Positions 57,424-64,000 of a stretch of DNA of 64,000 nt are shown here, in pieces. The notes below the pieces were generated by a model. It did not search any database. It was not told the origin of the DNA and saw only the letters and a program-made list of their open reading frames with translations. Origin of the DNA: Lepidodermella squamata. Lineage: Eukaryota; Animalia; Gastrotricha. A program made the translations under genes and the position numbers. The stretch is taken from positions 1-64,000 of the forward strand of contig JBLDXI010000018.1 in assembly GCA_047495785.1 (NCBI GenBank), read 5' to 3'. Position 1 is the stretch's first letter; each line of letters opens with the position of its first letter.

Positions 57424-60115
57424 CTAGTTGATCATTTTTTCAAAGAAATATCCATCAACAACGATGCTGACAAAAATAACACAGCCTGAGAAAACAACAT
57501 CAGCCAAGCGTACAAATTTCATCGTATTTTTATGTTTGATGAAATGAGCAGCCATCGCGAAGGTAGCCAACTCGTAGAAACTCAAAACAAGCCCCATCGT
57601 AAATTTGAAAGTGACAATATTAACAAGGGGTACGTTTCTTTATCTCCAACAGAGATGAAATTATTAACAAAACAAGCCATAAACAGACCATTTCTTTATT
57701 TTTGTTGAAATTATTAGTTCAACAAGAACGCATTTCTTTACTCGGGTTATTGTTAAAGCTACAAACAAAATCAAGTGGCGTTTCCTTCATTAAACATGTT
57801 TTTTGCCCGAAATTACCAACCACTCGCCGAGTCGTTTTTGGAGCGATTTTTCTAAGTCCTACCCAGCCCAGCGACGGCAAAAAAAAGATAATGACCTAAT
57901 TTTTTGGTAATTTTCTCCAAGTCATGCTTGATGATTCATTATACCAAACAGCAAACCTATTAATTCATGGGCGTGCGACATTTCAGCAGGGGACAAAACC
58001 GCAGGCATTTTTTTTGATATGATGCGATTATGTGACAAATTATGTGACTCGTAATTGAGAATAGTACGAGTGCGAAATAGTGCGAAATCGGTATTCGGCG
58101 ACATTTTCGCAGGCGACATATCCGCAAGGGACAGATCAGCCTTATTGACAGTCGAAATGCGAGCTCAGTTTTAATAAAAATTCGGATCAAATGTTGATGA
58201 AAATTTCGGCAAAATTGCTTCACTGTTGCCAGCTGAAATGTCCTCGAATGAACGATAACTTTTGCAAAAGATTAATTAGTTTTAGCGTCCAAAAATAATT
58301 TCGTCCTTAACATCGTGGACTTGATTTGAGTGATTTGGAGTGATTTGACGGAGCTGAAATAACGGGGAATCAGGTGGGATTAATGCAAGCGATGCCGTCG
58401 GTAAAGATTCGGACCGTAGTGACAACATTATAATAAGTGGGGCTGTATTGCTTATTTGTCACCTGCAAAAATGTCGCCAAAAAGAGAAACGTTTTATTGC
58501 GAGAGAGCTGTCTCCCCCTTTGAGTCTGAAAAATGTTCTGATTTGACAAAGCTCTTAACATCGGGCTGATTTGACCCGGCTGAAATGACGGCACTCAATA
58601 TCACACGCTAACAGCGCTGGTTTGCAATATTTCCCGCTGATTTCCTATTTGAAGTTTTGAAAATTTAACTGTTTGAAACTTAACGACCCTCATCAATACC
58701 GACTGAAATTTCAGTTGGCCATAGGCCAAATTATGCAACCCGTCAAAATATTACCGATTCATTGTAATATTCATTGACTTCTCGGGTCGCCAGAGCAGTT
58801 ACACAGCTAACCATTTCTTTATTGATTTAATCTAATAACAAAATCCGAGTGTTTCATTTGATAAACGAGATTTTGTTAATGCAAAAAATCGAATAAAGAA
58901 ATGCCTCTGATTATTGTTTTTGCAACTAACAAAATCAGAATAAAGAAATAGTCACTGGTGGTTGTTTTTAACATAAATGGATAAAGAAATGGTCTCTGTT
59001 TTTTGCCTTGTTTTCAACAAAATCTGTTGAGAATAAAGAAACGTACCCAAGGTAAACCGATTCTGAAGTTTTCGGAATATTTTCGAAAACTAATGATAAG
59101 ATTACTGAAAAGGCGAGCACCAAAGTCACGCCGATGCTTGCTCGATCAGGTACATCAGGTGTCATGATCAGCACGGAGATTTGTAGTAAATACAGCGAGA
59201 TAACAGGCAGAAAAATATTGGCGAAGAAGTAGTCAGCTCTTCGCTTAAATTTGACAGGGAAAATGAGCCTCGGAATGCCATCGTCTGTAGATTGCTTAGA
59301 AATTAATGTTTGGGCCGTGCCGCAGCCTTCGAAAGCCCAAACATCAGTGTCACCAATAAAATTAGCTCCTGCATCCACTTCGAACAGGGTGATATTGTAT
59401 TCAACAAGATTTATGTTGTCATCTCCATCGAAGATGATAGAGCATTCCAGCGTATCGAAGGGAAATTTCGCGAACGAAAATGTATCACAGGCCGTGTCCA
59501 AGCGGAACAGGTCGAACGCTACGAATTTGCTATCCCAAAATGGGTAAATGTAAACCTTCTGCTGCGGGCCCCTACTGAAAATGTAAACAACGAATCCTCA
59601 TTTTCGAAATTTTACTCACGATAAAACAGGCCGAGGGTTGCTCAGAGCATTGACGTGGGTTAATTGAGGCAACCACGAGGATTCAACGGGGCGCTGAATT
59701 TTAGCTTGCATCTGATTGGGACGACTGCGAAAGATAGCACATAGCGTTTCATTGTGATACAGATCGAAGCAAGTCGGGTTTGGACATGTGGCCTTCCAAT
59801 AAACGGTTATTTGAGCCATCATTGATAGACTGCAGAATAAGTAGTAAAGAGATGACTAATTTTAGTGGAAATCATTGTTCACCTTTGTGACGGATCATCA
59901 ATGCCCATGAAGCGGAAAAGCGAAAATTCAACTTGAACTGGCATAGGCTGGCCTCGTTTCACAAGCCATTCGGTTGGCAGTGAAGTTGACGCAGCTTCGG
60001 GGCAAAATGAGTCGAATGTTCGCTCGAGGTTTTTATCGTAAATGGAGTATTCATCAGCCACAGATCGTGACAAGAAAGCCACCTCTATCGCGATCACAGC
60101 CGACAGCAAAACCAT
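57424..60115 (-). pseudogene. Cys-loop LGIC subfamily A copy 6, last exon interrupted by a 1.4-kb TIR element
   Basis: CDTFSFAKFPFDTLEC...IPKTSESVYL up to 59049, resuming as LVNIVTFKFTMGLVLSFYE...EKMIN* at 57627-57424. Confidence 0.8.
57628..59048. mobile_element. Non-autonomous TIR DNA transposon (1421 bp, 3-bp TSD; PIF/Harbinger-like ends)
   Basis: TIRs GGGTACGTTTCTTTAT... with extended imperfect inverted similarity; TSD AAG at 57625-57627 and 59049-59051. Removing the element and one TSD copy restores VYLVNIVTFK. Confidence 0.85.
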
Positions 60116-60539
60116 GTATCCCGTTCTGAATTTTATACTGAGAGATCGATGCTTCTCCTTGATGTATTGGAAAATCATGCGGCATCCTGAATCCCGTTGC
60201 GGTATTGCGTCAACCGGATGACTGGTAATCTAGCTTGTGTACCTACCATGCGAATGATTAAATCATCGCACTAGTCCAAGTGAGCCTCCCAAGTAAAAAC
60301 CAGCATAAATATTAGCTAACAATATCCACCAGATAAGTTTATTTGAATTTCTCATTTCGAATTTCAACAGTAAAACTAACAGTTTTTAATTTCGGCGATG
60401 CGACTTTCTACCGCAAATATTCATACAATGGAAAAACATGTTAGTTTTAGCTCGTAGCTCGTTGATCTACTCTCATCTCTTATCGTTTCATTTTCAACAG
60501 GAAAGTTAAGTTGAACAGGTTTTGAATTCCAGTTACGAA

Positions 60540-62115
60540 ATGTGCGGCATCAGCGCTGTTGTGGCTGTAACACTGATAGTAGCGCAGTTCGTCGAATGCG
60601 AGGGGTACGAGCCGAACGAGATGAGTAAGCGCTTCTTCGAGTTATGTCCCATTGCGTTGGAAAGAAATCTACCCGCGGCGTATCACCAGTTGACGGGGAA
60701 TTATTCGCAGCCCATCAAGAGTTATCTCCAATCAACGCTTCTATACATAATGGATGTCAGCGACCTTGACATGAGGTGAGATTATCAATCCTAACCCCCT
60801 TTAATTTCGTTCAGAGATCATGGCAGGCGTAGGGAAGAACAATTCAATCTGTTGCTGGTCCTTGGCCATATGTCCTACTTTTCAAGGGGGCCCAGAAAAC
60901 AAAAAACGATTAATTAAAATCAGAGCTGGAAAACCAGCAGGATATCCTGCGCCATTTCCAACTACCATTTCCTTCATGTTTTGGCTGGTTCCTAAGTTAA
61001 AATCTCCTAATTTTCTCAAATTTTCTCACGCACCTCATTTCTGCAAGCTTTCCATAGCTCTGATCAAAAGCGAAAAAATCATCAATCGTTAATCGTGATA
61101 TTACATTCAATTGAATTATCCTCTCGCAGCGTGACTGCGGCGATGGCACTCCGCATATTTTGGGAAATTCCATGTGGCCGCGACATCAGAAGCGAGCTAT
61201 TGCCTAGGTATGAAAACGTCAGCGAAAATCACCTGAAGCGAGTTCAGTTCGAAATCCCAGCCGATCAAATATGGTGGCCGGATTTTCAACATTTAAACGC
61301 AATCGGTGAATCTCGGCCTCTGAGAGAGTACAGTCCGATTTGAGAAATTTAATTTGTACTAATGAATTTATATTTTTCTTTCCAGTGAAAAGCTGATCAA
61401 AGTTCGACCGATTGTTGGCTCGCTTCCAAGATTTCTCATCTACACTGTAAGACCGTTCACAACTAGCTGTTACTATTTCAAGTACACGAAATTTCCATTT
61501 GATACCTCGACCTGCACGTTCGAGTTCGAAACTGAAAATCTTGCAAACGAATTGGACATTCAAATCGATAGCATATCATTTTCTAGAGTCTATTCTCCAC
61601 TTCGCAACAACGAAATCTGGGAGTACATCAACTTCAACGGCTCGCTTCACAACCCAGGCTCTTATCTGCATGTCACGATAAACCTGGTTCTGAAACGAAA
61701 ATACCAGTACTATGTGGGGAATGTTTTCGTCCCATCGTTAACTGTATTCATCCTTCAGCTCTCAGCTTTGATCATGGACCCTAGCCACGCAGATCGGCCA
61801 AATTTCTGCATCACCGTCAATCTAGCAGCTGCCGTCCTTCTGGGACTGGTTTTTTCGTTGATTCCTCGAACTGCTGATGAAGTTTATCTCATCAATATCC
61901 TGGTCAGCTTTACGGTGATATGCGCTCTGCTTACTATCTATTCGATTATCATGCTCACCCTAAGCGAGTCTCGCATTGGCGGCAAGTGGTTTTGCAAAAT
62001 CAATGGATGGAAAGGCATCAAACTGATCCGATTCATTGACGCAAGTGTGGCTGTTTGCAGCTTCTTGACTGGCATGTCGATGCTTTTGTATTATGGTCAG
62101 AAAATGCTGGAATGA
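60540..62115 (+). CDS. Divergent Cys-loop LGIC subunit, subfamily B copy 2 (3 exons)
   Basis: Paralog of 52275-53627: IMDVSDLDMR; WWPDFQHLNA; CYYFKYTKFPFDTSTC; LKRKYQYY; four TMs. Confidence 0.85.
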
Positions 62116-62379
62116 AACTGGGCATTTGAGATGTGAGGTTATTTCCATACCGGAATAATTCAAATTTATTGTAAATCCTTTATACTTGGTGGAGTTTTGT
62201 GAGTTTTGAGAGTCGCTTAGTCAAACAATTGTAAATAAATAATTGTTAAAGTTGCTTGACCGACAATTTTGTATTCGGAAAGGATTGCGAAAGGTAAAAT
62301 TGAAGGCAACGGAAAGGTGGTAATACTGATTTAGGAACCATGAAGCTCAAACAATTCCTAGGCTCAACGCAATTCAAAG

Positions 62380-63888
62380 AGGATAAACCATAGCCTGCAC
62401 ATAGTAAGCATCGACTATGGCTGTTGTGATAACTAGAAATGTCGGCAATACGAACATTTTTCATAGATCCTTTCTTTTTAAGGAGGTGCAATGATGCAGT
62501 GTACGTGATGAACACATAGAAGCACAAAACAAGCCCTGCTACATATTTGAACGCCACAACATGAACGATGTAAACAGCCTCGGATGTTTGGGGTATGCTT
62601 TCATAGACCATGGAAAGCAACATGGAGAACGACAGCACCAAAGCTACGCCAATTGCAGCTCGGCCCGGCGAATCCGGCGGCAAAACTAGGGTTGTGGCTT
62701 GAAGGGTGTACAGCGAAATTAAGGGAAGGAAAAAATTAACAGCGTAATACTCCACGCGGCGTTTAAATTTTTAAATTAAACGCGGGATAGCACCATCAAA
62801 AGTTTGATTTGTCACATTTACATACGCACAACCACAGCCCAGAAACGTCCAGATTTCTGTGTCGCCAACGAATAAATCCCTTGCGGATAGATCGACCTCG
62901 GATGCTCGGAATCGACCTCGAATGCGATGCTGCATTCGTTAGTATCAAAGGGGAATCTGGCGAACGAAAAGTCGCAAGTGTTGTCTAATCGAAGAGTCAC
63001 CCAGGTATGCAGGCCGCCGTCGTAATAGAATGGCCATATGCTGATTTTTCCGTCAGGATTACTAGAAAAAAATAGGTACTGCAATGCCACGTATTCCTTT
63101 GGGATGAATTAAGAGTTTGGTGGGATTTCACCTTAATCATAATAAAAAGCTAAAATGAAAGCGGTTTTTTCGACTAATGTCCTCCTAGGTTCCAGGTCGA
63201 CTAGAGACACCCTGTGGGACAGTCTTCTTACTATAGCAACGAAAGCGTACAGTGAGATTCATTAGGTTTTAGTTTTATGAAGTCAATTGCTAAATTTGTC
63301 ACTAAGGTATAAACCTTTAGCAGTCACACACCTGAACAGCGGCGGTGATGTTATGAAAGCGTTCAGGTGGTATATTGGTGGAACCCAGTGTGCCCTCACA
63401 GGTTTTACCACTTCCAAATCCGGCAGAACGCCATTTTCAGCCAGTATCGTACAAAGTGTTTCGTTGTGAAGCAGGTCTTCGCAGGTCGGTGGTGGGCACG
63501 TTGTGTACCAAGAAGCCATGACTGTACCGAAAAGCGACATGCTAGAAGAACAAGTACGGAAACTGATCACAAAAAAGGCCAAATGTTCAGCTCTATTACC
63601 TCTGTTCAAGTTCATTTTATGCCCATGAATCGATCGAGAATTAGTGACACTTCAACTTCTATAGGAAGATTCTGCTTGATCAGCCAGTAATTGGGCAGAG
63701 TTGGGGATGATGCTTCAGGCTTCAGGGCAGAACTGGGCATAAGTTTCTTGAAGCGAAAAGTCATCACTGGGAATCAACGGGTAATTTGAAGCTTTCGTCG
63801 GAGCTATTAGAGATGTAAAGCTCAGCAATACAATGATTATCATTCCAACGGCTGCTGAAAGATATCCCCAGCGTTTTGCGTGACGCAT
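62380..63888 (-). pseudogene. Cys-loop LGIC subfamily A copy 7, multiply frameshifted
   Basis: 7-bp duplication GCTTCAG at 63712-63725 breaks FCPEASS; further frame breaks near 62890, 62770 and 62440; CDFSFARFPFDTNEC retained. 3' boundary approximate. Confidence 0.75.
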
Positions 63889-64000
63889 TTGAACATTTCA
63901 TCGTAGCAATAGTTCTACATGACTGTTTGCTTAGCATTGATTTTAGGGTTCAGTTATGCTCTATTTAAGCTGCCACTAGGAAAAAAACTAGGTTTATTAG

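Overview
Eukaryotic, most likely invertebrate animal, genomic DNA with very short (about 52-72 nt) spliceosomal introns; the host cannot be identified from the sequence. Bases 1-15,018 are the right-hand 15 kb of an integrated Maverick/Polinton (adintovirus-like) element. It carries integrase C-terminus plus chromodomain, minor and major capsid proteins, a core-like protein, adenain protease, packaging ATPase, protein-primed PolB, PC4-like protein, RING/TRAF-finger protein, deoxynucleoside kinase, dUTPase and an ...ACTACT terminus. The main discovery is that its genes are interrupted by 17 GT-AG introns of 52-62 nt that I reconstructed by hand (10 in PolB). Several split catalytic motifs, and removing them restores uninterrupted proteins (PolB 1424 aa, MCP 459 aa). 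The element appears to sit in the signal-peptide exon of a now frameshifted host receptor gene, whose intact paralog lies at 26.6-30.3 kb. The rest of the window holds four intronless secreted Amidase_6/NlpC-P60-like genes (candidate bacterial-derived cell-wall hydrolases), a secreted sushi-like protein and an orphan secreted protein. It also holds an array of nine divergent Cys-loop ligand-gated ion channel genes in two subfamilies, some pseudogenised, plus three LINE fragments and several MITEs. Domain calls come from motif recognition, not database searches.
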